Assembly: GCA_948848225.1 (NCBI GenBank)
Contig: CAQOJF010000001.1
Location: 207,849 to 271,848 of the forward strand
Length of the DNA: 64,000 nucleotides
Source: an uncultured Eubacterium sp.
GTDB taxonomy: Bacteria; Bacillota; Clostridia; Lachnospirales; Lachnospiraceae
Direction: 5' to 3'
The position numbers and the translations under genes were made by a program. The notes beneath the pieces are model-generated. The model was not told where the DNA came from. It did not search any database and was given only the letters and a program-made list of their open reading frames with translations. This document shows, piece after piece, positions 49,059-60,148 of this stretch (position 1 is its first letter; every line of letters starts with the position of its first letter).

Positions 49059-49831
49059 GCCTGTGTCCTCTCTTTCTCCGTCGAATTGTATGTAATCATA
49101 ATATCATCGAATATCTTTTCCTGGACAATAGAAAGCTTTCCCATCTTCATCATCTCCAGAATCCCCAGAAATGTCACAATCACATAGGTTTTTCCCCTGC
49201 CATTTTCCAGAATCCTTCGGAAACTAAAGGTCCCGTTCTCCCTGGCGTAATCTTCCAGAAATAAAATATGGTCTTCCAGACTGATCTCCTCTTTCTCGAT
49301 CTCCCCAAATTTGCTTCGGATCGGGTCGATCTTGTCCACCTGTTTTTTCATTACGGAATTAAAGATACCCTGCAGTTTTGCCAGTGTCACATCACTCAGC
49401 AGTTCTTCGATGTGCACTTCCTCTTTGAAGTCCTGGATCTCCTCCGGAATCGATGGCTCCTTAAAGATCATGCGTCCGGCGTCTAACTGGCGGTCTTTCA
49501 ACTCAAAAGAAGCATATTTGTACATTTTGTATTCCAGGATCCGCTCCACCAGTTCCTGACGTGGATCCTCATACTCCTCTTCCTCTTCTTCCTCAGGTGG
49601 AAGAAGCATCTTAGATTTGATCCGCACAAGGGTAGCTGCCATCACGAGAAACTCACTCATGACATCCATATCCTTCGTATCCATCTGGCGGACATAGTCC
49701 AAATACTGCTCTGTGATAAGGACGATAGGAATATCATAGATATCTACTTTGTTTTTCTCGATCAGATGAAGAAGGAGATCGAGAGGTCCCTCAAAAACCT
49801 CAAGTTTCACAGGTATTCCCACATTCTGCAC
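49055..49831 (-). CDS. scpA: Segregation/condensation protein ScpA
   Basis: FEGPLDLLLHLI, FLVMAATL..IKSKMLLP, TFLGILE. Confidence 0.96.
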   Translation of the reverse strand: MQNVGIPVKLEVFEGPLDLLLHLIEKNKVDIYDIPIVLITEQYLDYVRQMDTKDMDVMSEFLVMAATLVRIKSKMLLPPEEEEEEEYEDPRQELVERILEYKMYKYASFELKDRQLDAGRMIFKEPSIPEEIQDFKEEVHIEELLSDVTLAKLQGIFNSVMKKQVDKIDPIRSKFGEIEKEEISLEDHILFLEDYARENGTFSFRRILENGRGKTYVIVTFLGILEMMKMGKLSIVQEKIFDDIMITYNSTEKERTQA

Positions 49832-49928
49832 GTCCTTTCCTGGTTTTTATTTTAACACCACCGCGTCAGCGGCGGCGCAAATTATTTGCACTGACATTCT
49901 ATCATTATATTATATTTATCCGCTTCAA

Positions 49929-50759
49929 TCAAGAAAGATTTATAACGGAAATCTCCGGAGTGTTAAAAAAACGCAGACGGATATGATGGGTCCCTAACCC
50001 CCGGGTGAGTACCATATGGCTCTTTCCCCTCTGAAACAGGCCGGCATCGTAGGCAGGAAACAACTGCAGCGATGGAGCGATCACCCCGCCCAACAGTGGA
50101 AGCCTCGCGATACCTCCATGCACATGGCCAGACATCACCAGATCTGCCCCCCACTCCTGATATTCCTTGAAATATTCCGGGTTGTGCGCCAGTAGAAGGT
50201 TGAAACAATCCTTTCCGGCAGCCCCTAGATACTGTTCCATCCTGCTGCTGTCAAACTCTGTCTTCCGCCAGAATTTATGATACAGCTCTTCCTCCAGATT
50301 CAGACCATGGACACGGATCCGCCTGCTGCGGATCACCAGATCGTGATGGGCATTGTCCAGCCAGACCACCCCTGCTCTTTTTAACTCCCCGATAAAGCGC
50401 TCATAGTTCTCCATCCGGATCTCATGATTGCCAGGGGCATAAAAGACCGGGCATATCTGGAGAAGTTCTTTGCACAAAGCAAGGCAAGAGTCCGTCCCCT
50501 TGCCATTTTTAACCGTCAAATCTCCCGCCATACAGATGATGTCAGGAGATTCTCTCTGAATCTTCTGGATCAGCCGTCTGTTACCGGGACCAAAAGAGCT
50601 GCCGTGAAGATCCGCCAGCATCACTATTTTAACTGGTACTCCATCCCCCCACACGGAAAGGGGATAATGTTCCACGGCGAGCATGCCGTTAGACAAATAT
50701 CCATAAACCAACAGAAGAATAGTAAGAACTGCTACTGTGATCAAGAATAACTCTGTCAT
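49929..50759 (-). CDS. Membrane-anchored metallophosphoesterase (YkuE-like)
   Basis: DLH, GD, GNHE, AHNP, GHVHGG. Confidence 0.9.
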   Translation of the reverse strand: MTELFLITVAVLTILLLVYGYLSNGMLAVEHYPLSVWGDGVPVKIVMLADLHGSSFGPGNRRLIQKIQRESPDIICMAGDLTVKNGKGTDSCLALCKELLQICPVFYAPGNHEIRMENYERFIGELKRAGVVWLDNAHHDLVIRSRRIRVHGLNLEEELYHKFWRKTEFDSSRMEQYLGAAGKDCFNLLLAHNPEYFKEYQEWGADLVMSGHVHGGIARLPLLGGVIAPSLQLFPAYDAGLFQRGKSHMVLTRGLGTHHIRLRFFNTPEISVINLS

Positions 50760-50828
50760 ATTAGAAATCCTGCCTTATTCTGTTATCACCGTTCTGGCAG
50801 GGCTTCCACAGGACATCGCCGGAATGGA

Positions 50829-52466
50829 CTATAATTCTTCCTCGTCCTGTTCCGCAAAGGCAATGTTGGTGCCATGGTCTGCCACCCTCTCCAGATTGCT
50901 GATAAGATCGGAGAAGATCATGGCCGCATGGGGCTCACACTTATTGTTCGCCAGCCGGTTGACATGTTTTTTCTGTAACTTCTTTTCCATTTTATCAATT
51001 TCATTCTCAATTTGCAAGATATCATTTGTGTGGGTATCGTCCCCGGAGGCAAACATCTGAACCGAATACTGCAGAAGTTGTATCACCTTTTCAAACATTT
51101 CCTTCAATTCATTTTGCGCCTTTTTGCTGAATTTGAGATCCGCAGACAGCGCCGTTTTCGCATAATCGGCAATGTTTTCAGCGTGGTCACCGATACGCTC
51201 GATATCATTTACCACATGGAACATAGCACCTAGCTGTTTACGGTCCTGGATAGGCAATGACAACTGGTTCACTTTGACGAGATAGTTGGTGATCTCTGTA
51301 TTTAGATAGTCGATCACTTCTTCTTTTTTATACACCTCATCCAATTCTTTTTCTTTTTTATTCAGCAGACACTCCATCGATCGTCTAAGGTTGTTAATCG
51401 CCATATTTGCCATACGGTCCAGTTCACTGACCGCCTGTGGGATCGCTGTGGTCTGGTTAAAGATGGCATGTTTTCCGATAAACTTAAGTTCCATTCCATG
51501 AACCTCTTCATCCTCACCAGGAATAAGCAGATATGTAAGACGAACCAGAAACTTGCTGAAGGGAAACAGTACGATCACCTGGAAGATCTTTATGATGGTA
51601 TTGATGTTTGCTACATCCCTTCCGGCACGGATGGCTGCATCCGCTGTGCCCGCTGTCAGTCCGTGAATGGCACCCATTATTCCGTCTCCCCATATCCCCA
51701 GCAGGGTCATCACGATAACCAATCCGATGATATTGAAAGAAACATGAACCATCGCAGCGCGTTTGGCATTCTTTGTCCCGCTCAGGCTGGCCAGCACTGC
51801 GGAACCACATGCCCCGATATTACATCCCATGATCACATAATAGCATATATTCAGATCCATTAATCCGGTGGAAGCCAGCACGATAAGGATACCTACCGAT
51901 GCCGAAGCACTCTGGAGGACAGAGGTCGCCACAAAACCAATCAGCACCGCAAGAAACGGATTCCGAAGGCTGCCAAAGAGATTTTTTACCGCTTCCACCT
52001 GATTGAGCTGATCCACAGAAGCAGACAGTGTGGTCATTCCAAAAAACAGCACGCCAAATCCCAGAAGCACTTCGCCGGCTCTTTTCACCATCGGTTTCTT
52101 GATAAACATGACCATAACCACTCCGACGATAATAAAAAATGGTGCGATGGCGTCCAGCTTAAAGGATACCAGCTGACCCGTCACCGTCGTACCGATATTG
52201 GCGCCCATGATCACTCCCACTGACTGGGCCAGCGTCATCAGACCACTGTTAACAAAACTCACCACCAGTACCGTTGTAGCATTGGAAGACTGGATAACTC
52301 CCGTAAATACGATTCCCAGTATAAGCCCCATAAAAGGGTTTGTTGTAAGCCGCTCCAGAATCGTACGCATCTTCTGTCCCGCTACCTTTTGAAGACCATC
52401 GCTCATAAGCTGCATACCATATAAAAACAAACCGACTCCTGCCATGATCTGTAATGCTAATTCCAT
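50829..52466 (-). CDS. Na/Pi cotransporter with C-terminal PhoU domains
   Basis: QSSNATT, GANIGTT, QSASA, GCNIG; DIERIGDHAEN / NLERVADH PhoU repeats. Confidence 0.93.
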   Translation of the reverse strand: MELALQIMAGVGLFLYGMQLMSDGLQKVAGQKMRTILERLTTNPFMGLILGIVFTGVIQSSNATTVLVVSFVNSGLMTLAQSVGVIMGANIGTTVTGQLVSFKLDAIAPFFIIVGVVMVMFIKKPMVKRAGEVLLGFGVLFFGMTTLSASVDQLNQVEAVKNLFGSLRNPFLAVLIGFVATSVLQSASASVGILIVLASTGLMDLNICYYVIMGCNIGACGSAVLASLSGTKNAKRAAMVHVSFNIIGLVIVMTLLGIWGDGIMGAIHGLTAGTADAAIRAGRDVANINTIIKIFQVIVLFPFSKFLVRLTYLLIPGEDEEVHGMELKFIGKHAIFNQTTAIPQAVSELDRMANMAINNLRRSMECLLNKKEKELDEVYKKEEVIDYLNTEITNYLVKVNQLSLPIQDRKQLGAMFHVVNDIERIGDHAENIADYAKTALSADLKFSKKAQNELKEMFEKVIQLLQYSVQMFASGDDTHTNDILQIENEIDKMEKKLQKKHVNRLANNKCEPHAAMIFSDLISNLERVADHGTNIAFAEQDEEEL

Positions 52467-52582
52467 GTTTACTCCTCTTTTCTCCCGTAATTTATTTCAC
52501 TCCATCTCTCGTATGGCCACAATTTATACTTTAAACTATTTCTTTACATTATACAAGAACATTCTTCATTATTCTACTATAT

Positions 52583-52620
52583 TTTACAAAGGATTTACCT
52601 GATTTTACATACATTTTACA
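52583..52620. promoter_or_regulatory. Pho-box-like tandem repeats
   Basis: TTTACA/TTTACC at 52583, 52594, 52604, 52615. Confidence 0.6.
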
Positions 52621-52633
52621 TTTAGGACAACGG

Positions 52634-54016
52634 TCAAAAAACCTTCTCACACAAGATCTGAAGTCCCTCTTTTAGTTTCTCCTTTGTCTGCCCGGCAAAA
52701 CCGATTAAAAAGGAAGGCATATAGTCTTCCGGCAGCTCTTTATAATAGAAAGACAGGGGACGCAGACGGATCCCCTGTTTCTGAGCAGCCTGCAGCACCT
52801 CTTCCTCCTCCCGCCGCCGGAGGCTCCGGGCGATCACATAAAGTCCGGCATAGTCTCCCGTCACCTCGATGCGGTTCTGATAGCTGCGGAAAACATTCAA
52901 TACTGTATCATGTTTTTCCTTATACCGTTTGCGCATCCGGTTCAGATGCTTTTCAAAATACCCCTCATGGATAAATTCTGCCATCATCGCCTGATCCAGA
53001 CGGGATACCGGACAGTTATAGTCCCCGCAGCACTGTTGAAACCGCTCTAAAAGCCGGTCCGGCAGAACCATATATCCCATCCGGAGCGCCGGTGCGATGG
53101 CTTTGGAAAAGGTACCGATATAAATGACTTTTCCCTCGATGTCGATGCTTTGCAGCGCCGGAATTGGTCTCCCCTTATAACGGTATTCACTGTCGTGGTC
53201 ATCTTCTATAATGTATCTATCCTCTTCTTCCTCCGCCCACTGAAGAAGCTGCTGTCTTCTGGCTATGGACATAACCGTTCCCAGAGGAAACTGATGGGAG
53301 GGCGTCACATAGCAGAGCCCGGCTCCCGAAGCCTCTAACCCCTCGATCCCGATTCCCCCATTTTCCACGTCAATATGACAGACCTCAAAACCATGGGATG
53401 CCAGGATCTTTTTTGCCCTTACATAGCCCGGCTCCTCAAAGGCAATCCTCTTTTCGTTCCGGAACAGTACTGATAAAAGCTGGAGTAGGTATCCGATCCC
53501 TGCTCCGATGACCACATTGGCAGCGCGGCACAATACCCCTCTCGAACCGTAGAGATAATCAGCCACCGCCCGCCGCAGTTCCCAGTCTCCCCGGTAATCT
53601 CCCGCCAGGAAAAGACTGTGGTCCTTTAATGCCTTTCTGCCGATGGACTGCCAGACGGAATAGGGGAAATTTTCCACATCCACTGCATCGGGGTCAAAAT
53701 CATACCGATAGTTCTCCTGCCCTTTCTCATCTTCCTCTTCCCTGTGTTCTGCCGGATGGATCTGCTGGGTATGGGTAATTCTGTTCACAAAATACCCCCG
53801 TTTGGGCATGGAATATACGTATCCCTCTGCCACCAGCTGTTCATAGGCAGTATCCACCGGATTTCTGCTGACAGAAAGATAACCCGCCAGCTCCCTGGCA
53901 GAAGGCAGTTTTTCCCCAAAGGAAAGTCTTCCCGACAGAATTTCATCTTTTACATAAGAATAAATCTGATGATACATCGGTTCATCAGATTTATTGTCTA
54001 AAGAAAAGGTAAGCAT
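52634..54016 (-). CDS. MocR/GabR family regulator (GntR HTH + PLP aminotransferase-like)
   Basis: KLPSARELA..L.VSRN, EEPGY, TPSHQFPLG, IIEDD, GTFSK..P.LRMGY. Confidence 0.93.
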   Translation of the reverse strand: MLTFSLDNKSDEPMYHQIYSYVKDEILSGRLSFGEKLPSARELAGYLSVSRNPVDTAYEQLVAEGYVYSMPKRGYFVNRITHTQQIHPAEHREEEDEKGQENYRYDFDPDAVDVENFPYSVWQSIGRKALKDHSLFLAGDYRGDWELRRAVADYLYGSRGVLCRAANVVIGAGIGYLLQLLSVLFRNEKRIAFEEPGYVRAKKILASHGFEVCHIDVENGGIGIEGLEASGAGLCYVTPSHQFPLGTVMSIARRQQLLQWAEEEEDRYIIEDDHDSEYRYKGRPIPALQSIDIEGKVIYIGTFSKAIAPALRMGYMVLPDRLLERFQQCCGDYNCPVSRLDQAMMAEFIHEGYFEKHLNRMRKRYKEKHDTVLNVFRSYQNRIEVTGDYAGLYVIARSLRRREEEEVLQAAQKQGIRLRPLSFYYKELPEDYMPSFLIGFAGQTKEKLKEGLQILCEKVF

Positions 54017-54875
54017 TTTTCTTATCCTCCTCCAACTGTATTTTTAACGTATCCAGCCCGGAAAACTTTCGTTCTCCCCGCAAAAAGGCAAACAGCTCCA
54101 CGCAGATCATCTCCCCGTAGATCTCCCTGTCAAAGTCCATAATATATGTTTCTGCACCAGCTCTGTTTTCTCCGGGTATGGTGGGCTTCACACCTACATT
54201 GGTAACTCCTATATACTCACCGTACTGCGTGTGTATCCGGGAGGCATAAACGCCATATGGTGGAAGAAGTTTTTCCTGCTCTGGAAGCTGGTTCACCGTG
54301 GGCATCTGTATCGTCCTGCCGATCTGATTGCCCCGGCATACCTCTCCATATATAAAATAGGGATGTCCCAACAGCTGATTGACCGTCTCTATGCTGCCCT
54401 TTTCCAGCTTCTCACGGATCCTCGTACTGCTGACCGGCTCGCCGCACATTTTCTTTTTCGGAAAAACTTTCAGCTCATATCCATAAACAGAACTATATTT
54501 CTTCAAGAAAGCTACATCTCCCTGTCGCTTGTACCCAAACCGGAAATCTTCCCCCACGGAGATCACCTTCGCCCCACACTGACGGATCAGAATGTCCTCC
54601 AAAAACGCCTGGGGCTTCATATGTGACAATTCCTCGTCAAAGGGACGGTCGATGTACACCTCGATTCCAAGCTTCTCTGCCAGATAACGTTTTTCCTCCG
54701 AACTGTAAATATGTTTTGAATCCGAAAAGCGAAAGGTAAAGAGAACCTTCGTCAGATCCACAGATTCCCGGATCGAGTCCAACAGCAACTGGTGTCCACT
54801 GTGCAGACCGTCAAATTTGCCGATGCACACCGCCGTATTATTCAGTTTATATGGTCCGTATTCCAGAATCCTCAT
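53991..54875 (-). CDS. ribF: Riboflavin kinase / FAD synthetase
   Basis: IGKFDGLHSGHQ, VGEDFRFG, SSTRIR, GRTI..PT.N, NVGVKPT. Confidence 0.95.
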   Translation of the reverse strand: MRILEYGPYKLNNTAVCIGKFDGLHSGHQLLLDSIRESVDLTKVLFTFRFSDSKHIYSSEEKRYLAEKLGIEVYIDRPFDEELSHMKPQAFLEDILIRQCGAKVISVGEDFRFGYKRQGDVAFLKKYSSVYGYELKVFPKKKMCGEPVSSTRIREKLEKGSIETVNQLLGHPYFIYGEVCRGNQIGRTIQMPTVNQLPEQEKLLPPYGVYASRIHTQYGEYIGVTNVGVKPTIPGENRAGAETYIMDFDREIYGEMICVELFAFLRGERKFSGLDTLKIQLEEDKKNAYLFFRQ

Positions 54876-54882
54876 CTCTGTC

Positions 54883-55842
54883 TCATGCCTTTCTCTCTGT
54901 ATATCCGGCAGATCCTTCATTAAAAAACATCTTATGGTTTCCAAAACCACGCCGGGCATCCCTGTATCTGTAAATGGCATAAAAACGCTGCGCCTCGTCG
55001 TACATCCGGACCAGCGCTCCTGCTGTCAGAACTTCCCCGCTCCGGCAGAACTCCCCAGCCACATCGTTTCCATTTTTCAGAAAGCGGAGTCCCTTTTCCT
55101 CAACGACAACTGCTGGATATTTTTTAAATACATGGTCTACCGGGTACATAACTTCCTGTATATTTCCGTTTTTATATAAATCCTCGATCTCGCTCAGCGT
55201 ATGTGCCTCTTCCAGAAAAAAAGGCGCTACCGAAGTGCGCACAAGAGAGGCCATAGCAGCTCCACAGCCCAGTTTCTGCCCTATATCATGACACAGCGTG
55301 CGGATATAGGTTCCCTTGGAACAGTGTACTCTCATGGAAAATTCCATCTTCTCCGGCTGGTAATCCGCCACTTCACAAGAATATACCGTGATCCTGCGCG
55401 CCTGACGTTCCACCTCGATGCCCTGTCTTGCCAGCTCGTACAGCCGCTTTCCATTTACCTTCACAGCGGAATACATCGGCGGAGTCTGCCAGATCTCACC
55501 GGTAAATGCCTGGGCTGTCCGGCGGATCTCATCCATGCTCACAGCTACCGGATGTTCCTCCTGAATGGCTCCTGTCATGTCCTGGGTATCTGTCACAACT
55601 CCCAGACGGACAACTGCTTCATAAGTCTTGGATTTGTCCGTCAAAAGCTCGCATACCTTGGTAGCCCTGCCGAGGCAGACGGGGAGCACCCCGACGGCAT
55701 CTGGATCCAGCGTACCGGTATGCCCAATCTTTTTCTGGTGAAGGATTCCTCTCAGCTTCGCCACCACATCATGGGAAGTAAAACCTTTCTCCTTATATAC
55801 ATTGAGTATTCCATCCATCGTTCTCTTCTGGGATGTGCCCAT
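54883..55842 (-). CDS. truB: tRNA pseudouridine(55) synthase
   Basis: TSHDVV, GHTGTLDP, PPMYSAVK, CSKGTYIRTL. Confidence 0.97.
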   Translation of the reverse strand: MGTSQKRTMDGILNVYKEKGFTSHDVVAKLRGILHQKKIGHTGTLDPDAVGVLPVCLGRATKVCELLTDKSKTYEAVVRLGVVTDTQDMTGAIQEEHPVAVSMDEIRRTAQAFTGEIWQTPPMYSAVKVNGKRLYELARQGIEVERQARRITVYSCEVADYQPEKMEFSMRVHCSKGTYIRTLCHDIGQKLGCGAAMASLVRTSVAPFFLEEAHTLSEIEDLYKNGNIQEVMYPVDHVFKKYPAVVVEEKGLRFLKNGNDVAGEFCRSGEVLTAGALVRMYDEAQRFYAIYRYRDARRGFGNHKMFFNEGSAGYTERKA

Positions 55843-55851
55843 CCTGCTCCT

Positions 55852-56802
55852 TTACATTTGATCGTTAAACTGCTTTTCAATGTGTTCCGTAATATTATTA
55901 ATCACATCGAAAGCGGACCCTTTAATGCTGCATCCTGCCGCATGAATATGCCCGCCGCCGCCAAAAAAGGAAGCGATCCTGCTCACATCCACGAAATCAT
56001 TGGAACGCATACTCACTTTATATTCCATGGTATCTTTCTCTGTCAAAAGAATTGCCACCTCAACTCCCTGGGTTGTTCGCAGCTCATCGATGACACCATC
56101 CAGATCCGACGGCTTTGCCTCGTAAAAATCCAGTACCCGGCGGGATACAACAGAAAAAATAACTTTCCCGTCCATCACCCGGACGCTTTCCAGAAGACAG
56201 CGGCCCATGATCTGAAGCTGACGGTACGTCTTCAAATAAAAACTTTCATCTATGATCTTGCCAAAAGGGATTCCTTTCTGCATCAGCTTCCCCGCCATCT
56301 CCATCGTGGACAGCCCCGTGTTGGAATGTTTAAACACTCCGGTGTCATGGATGATCCCGGTATAAAATGCCTGCGCAGAGAAAGATCCAATTTTCTCCAC
56401 ATCCAAAAGACTACAGAGTACTTCACAGGTGGAACTGGCCTCCACCACTACATGATTTACATCTGCAAAATTTGTATTGCTGATGTGATGGTCGATATTA
56501 ACCCTTCGCGCTGCCGCATGGAATACCTGTTCTGCCTCTCCCAGACGATCCGGCGAACCGCAGTCCAGCGAGACAAACAGATCAAACTTTTCTGTATTGC
56601 CCTCCAGTGCCTCTTTCCGATTGAGATATTCAAAGGCATCCGGAATTTCTTCTAAAAACACCTGTACCCTTTTATCTGGAAAATTTTCTTTGATATAGGA
56701 ATATAACCCCATACAGGAACCGATACAGTCTCCGTCAGGACGAACATGCCCGCCGATGGCGATGATCCCTGCTTTCTGAATCTCCTCCAATAAAATACTC
56801 AT
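55852..56802 (-). CDS. DHH/DHHA1 phosphoesterase (NrnA-like)
   Basis: H.RPDGDCIGS, NIDHH, DTG.F, GGGGH. Confidence 0.92.
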   Translation of the reverse strand: MSILLEEIQKAGIIAIGGHVRPDGDCIGSCMGLYSYIKENFPDKRVQVFLEEIPDAFEYLNRKEALEGNTEKFDLFVSLDCGSPDRLGEAEQVFHAAARRVNIDHHISNTNFADVNHVVVEASSTCEVLCSLLDVEKIGSFSAQAFYTGIIHDTGVFKHSNTGLSTMEMAGKLMQKGIPFGKIIDESFYLKTYRQLQIMGRCLLESVRVMDGKVIFSVVSRRVLDFYEAKPSDLDGVIDELRTTQGVEVAILLTEKDTMEYKVSMRSNDFVDVSRIASFFGGGGHIHAAGCSIKGSAFDVINNITEHIEKQFNDQM

Positions 56803-56817
56803 ACTCTTCCGCCCCTT

Positions 56818-57174
56818 CTATTCCCTGTGATTGACCTCGTCAATCCGCTTTGACATCGTCACGCCATACTCGATGGAATTATCCAGAATAAAGGTCAGCT
56901 CTGGTGTGTTTCTCAGATTCATTCTTCTGGCAAGCTGTCCTCTGGCAAAGGATGCACTTTTTTTCAAGCCTTCCATCGTCTTTTCTTTCTCTTCCTCACT
57001 GCCCAGTACACTGACGAATATCTTGGCAAATTTCAGATCCGGAGTTACCTCCACCGCCATCACCGAAGTCATGGGATGCACTCTTGGATCCTTTATCTCT
57101 TCCCGTATGATCTGGCTCATCTCCCGCTGAACCTCGCTGTTGATACGGATATTTTTTACACTGTTCTTTTTCAT
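56818..57174 (-). CDS. rbfA: Ribosome-binding factor A
   Basis: IKDPR, VTPDLKFAK, LRNTPELTFILD; follows infB. Confidence 0.96.
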   Translation of the reverse strand: MKKNSVKNIRINSEVQREMSQIIREEIKDPRVHPMTSVMAVEVTPDLKFAKIFVSVLGSEEEKEKTMEGLKKSASFARGQLARRMNLRNTPELTFILDNSIEYGVTMSKRIDEVNHRE

Positions 57175-57211
57175 AGTCTCTCCATTCTAAGGATGGAGCC
57201 CCGCCTTTTTA

Positions 57212-60148
57212 TTAGCGCGGAACCTCCACCATGATATAGCATTCCACCTGATCCTCTTCGCGAATATCGTTGAAACCATTAAAGACAAGACCACATTCAT
57301 ATCCGGTCGCCACCTCTTTTACGTCATCTTTGAAACGTTTCAGGGAAGCCAGCTCACCTTCAAAGATCTGTTCGCCCTCGCGGCTGATGCGGCACTTACA
57401 GCCCCTCTCAACCTTTCCGTCAAGAACATAGGAGCCGGCGATGGTTCCCACACCAGAAGCCTTAAAGGTCTGGCGGACCTCCACATGACCGATAACCTTT
57501 TCCTCATAGATCGGTTCCAGCATACCCTTCAGGGCATTTTCAATGTCCTCGATGGCATCGTAGATGACGCGGTACAGACGGACGTCTACATTTTCTCTGT
57601 CAGCGATCTCTTTCGCTGTATTATCCGGCCGGATATTAAATCCGATGATAATAGCATTGGAAGCGCTGGCAAGAGATACGTCAGATTCGTTGATAGCTCC
57701 CACTCCGCCGTGGATCACCCGCACTGCCACTTCTTCGTTGCCAAGTTTGAGAAGGCTCTGTTTAACCGCCTCCACAGATCCCTGTACATCCGCCTTGATG
57801 ATCAGGTTCAAGTCCTTTACATTTCCTGCCTGGATCTGATTGAACAGTCCATCCAGAGAAAGTTTCTTCGCTTTTGTCTCTTCCAACAGTTTATCCTTAC
57901 TCTGGTCAATATATGCCTGTGAAATCTGTTTTGCCTCTTTGTCGCTCTCTGTAGATACGAAAATCTCTCCCGCATCCGGCGCCCCGTTCAGACCAAGTAT
58001 TTCTACAGGTGTAGATGGTCCTGCCACCTTCACTCTCTCACCGTTGTGGTCGATCATGGCACGTACTTTACCATGTGCAGATCCCACTGCCACGTGATCG
58101 CTGATGTGCAGCATACCCTTCTGTACGAGTACCGTCGCCACCGGACCGCGCCCCTTATCCAGACGCGCCTCGATCACGATACCACGCGCCTTACGGTCTG
58201 GATTTGCCTTAAGTTCCAGAACCTCTGCCGTGAGCACGATCATCTCAAGTAACTGTTCGATTCCTTCTTTTGTGTGGGCAGATACCGGAACAAATATGGT
58301 GCTTCCGCCCCAGTCCTCTGGAATCAGCTCATACTCTGCCAGCTCCTGTTTCACCCGCTCGATATTGGCGCCGGCTTTATCGATCTTGTTGACTGCCACA
58401 ATAATCTCCACACCAGCCGCCTTGGCATGGTTGATGGCTTCTACGGTCTGAGGCATGACACCGTCGTCAGCTGCCACCACCAGAATAGCGATATCCGTAG
58501 ACTGGGCGCCACGCATACGCATGGAGGTAAATGCCTCGTGTCCCGGAGTATCCAGGAAGGTGATCTTTTCTCCGTTGATCTCTACCACATACGCTCCGAT
58601 GTGCTGGGTGATGCCTCCTGCCTCATGGGATGTGACATTTTCTTCCCGGATGGCATCCAGAAGAGACGTTTTACCGTGGTCAACATGACCCATAACACAG
58701 ACTACCGGAGGGCGCTTCTTCATGGATTCTTCTGGTTCCTCATCCTCTTTCAGAAGTTCTGCTACCATATCTATTTTCTCTTCCATCTCGGCGATGATAT
58801 CAAACTCCAGAGCGATCTCTTCTGCTTCTTCAAAGGTAATATCCTGGTTCAGGGAAACGACCTGCCCCTGCATAAACAGTTTTTTCACCAGCGCAGCTGC
58901 CGGCATCTTCATCTTATCCGCCAGCTCACGAATCGTCAGGCTCTCTGGAATCGTAATCTGCTTGATGGTCTCTTCCGGCTCTTTTGCTGCCGGCTCCGGC
59001 TTGATGAAAGCACCCTTTCTGTTCGGATCTTTCTTGCTGCGGATCTTGCTCATCTCTTCCTTGCTGGACTTTTTATAGGTTCCCTTTTCTGCTACTTTCT
59101 TATTACTTCTCTTACGGGAGTTTTTCTGCTCCTGTTTGATGCCGTCAAAACCGCTCTGGGACTTTTCAAAGCGCTCAAATACGCGCTCGCCGCCCCGACC
59201 GCCATTACTTCTACGATCTCCATTGTTGTTCTGGCCGCGACGGTCTCCTCCACCAAAGTTTCCATTTCCCTGACCTCTGTTACCCTGGCCTCTCCGGTCA
59301 TTTCCTCCGGCACCCTGGCCACCATTCTGATTACGGTTCCCCTGGTTTCTGCGGTCTCCATTGTTATTCTGGTTTCTACGGTCTCCGCCGCCAAAGTTTC
59401 CATTTCCCTGACCTCTGCCTCCCTGGCCTCCGTTCTGGTTACGGTTCCCCTGGTTTCTGCGGTCTCCATTGTTGTTCTGGTTTCTACGATCCCCGTTATT
59501 CTGGCCGCGACGGTCTCCGCTGCTCTGATTTCTACGGTCCCCATTATTCTGACCACGACGGTCTCCGCCACTCTGATTGCGGCGTTCTCCGTTATTAGAG
59601 CTGCCACTGCCGGAATTTCCGCTGCCCTGGCCTCCGTTCTGGTTACGGTTCCCCTGGTTTCTGCGGTCTCCATTGTTGCTCTGGTTTCTGCGTTCTCCGT
59701 TATTCTGATCGCGGTTCCCCTGGTTTTTCTGCTCCCTGTTCTGTGATTCTTTGTTCTGCATCTCTTTGTTTTGCGGTTCTTTTTGATTCATCTCTTTCCG
59801 TTCAGGTGCATGATCCACAGCTGCTGAACCCGCCTTCTCAGAAGCCTCTTTCTTTTCTTTCGGGGCTTCTGCTGGCTGCTCTGCCTTCTTCTCCGGCATT
59901 TCCTTTTTCGGAGCCGGCTGTTCTGCCGGTTTGCTTTCTGTATCTTTTTTCTTCACCGGAACTGCCGGTTTATTGGCATTGTTGAAGGTCTTTAGCAAGA
60001 AGGCGATCGCATCATCTTCGATATTACTGTTGGCACCTTTTACCTCAAAACCATTATCATTCAAAAGCTTCACCAGATCTCCACTTTTGATTTCTTTATT
60101 CTTTGACTGCAAGCTTCTTGCAATTTCATATATTTTCATTTTCGCCAT
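57212..60148 (-). CDS. infB: Translation initiation factor IF-2
   Basis: [39 protein letters not shown]. Confidence 0.98.
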   Translation of the reverse strand: MAKMKIYEIARSLQSKNKEIKSGDLVKLLNDNGFEVKGANSNIEDDAIAFLLKTFNNANKPAVPVKKKDTESKPAEQPAPKKEMPEKKAEQPAEAPKEKKEASEKAGSAAVDHAPERKEMNQKEPQNKEMQNKESQNREQKNQGNRDQNNGERRNQSNNGDRRNQGNRNQNGGQGSGNSGSGSSNNGERRNQSGGDRRGQNNGDRRNQSSGDRRGQNNGDRRNQNNNGDRRNQGNRNQNGGQGGRGQGNGNFGGGDRRNQNNNGDRRNQGNRNQNGGQGAGGNDRRGQGNRGQGNGNFGGGDRRGQNNNGDRRSNGGRGGERVFERFEKSQSGFDGIKQEQKNSRKRSNKKVAEKGTYKKSSKEEMSKIRSKKDPNRKGAFIKPEPAAKEPEETIKQITIPESLTIRELADKMKMPAAALVKKLFMQGQVVSLNQDITFEEAEEIALEFDIIAEMEEKIDMVAELLKEDEEPEESMKKRPPVVCVMGHVDHGKTSLLDAIREENVTSHEAGGITQHIGAYVVEINGEKITFLDTPGHEAFTSMRMRGAQSTDIAILVVAADDGVMPQTVEAINHAKAAGVEIIVAVNKIDKAGANIERVKQELAEYELIPEDWGGSTIFVPVSAHTKEGIEQLLEMIVLTAEVLELKANPDRKARGIVIEARLDKGRGPVATVLVQKGMLHISDHVAVGSAHGKVRAMIDHNGERVKVAGPSTPVEILGLNGAPDAGEIFVSTESDKEAKQISQAYIDQSKDKLLEETKAKKLSLDGLFNQIQAGNVKDLNLIIKADVQGSVEAVKQSLLKLGNEEVAVRVIHGGVGAINESDVSLASASNAIIIGFNIRPDNTAKEIADRENVDVRLYRVIYDAIEDIENALKGMLEPIYEEKVIGHVEVRQTFKASGVGTIAGSYVLDGKVERGCKCRISREGEQIFEGELASLKRFKDDVKEVATGYECGLVFNGFNDIREEDQVECYIMVEVPR
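59205..59725 (-). repeat. Coding repeats in the IF-2 N-terminal region (N/G/Q/R-rich)
   Basis: About 13 (D/E)RR-containing units; exact 54-bp repeat at 59421-59474 and 59625-59678. Confidence 0.85.

Noticed and set aside
55201..56655. 484-aa plus-strand ORF
   Set aside because: Antisense to truB and the DHH gene; no motifs
58274..59746. 490-aa antisense ORF, 193-aa alternate-frame ORF, and CRISPR-like appearance of repeats in infB
   Set aside because: All arise from in-frame coding repeats of IF-2; no constant repeat with unique spacers and no cas genes
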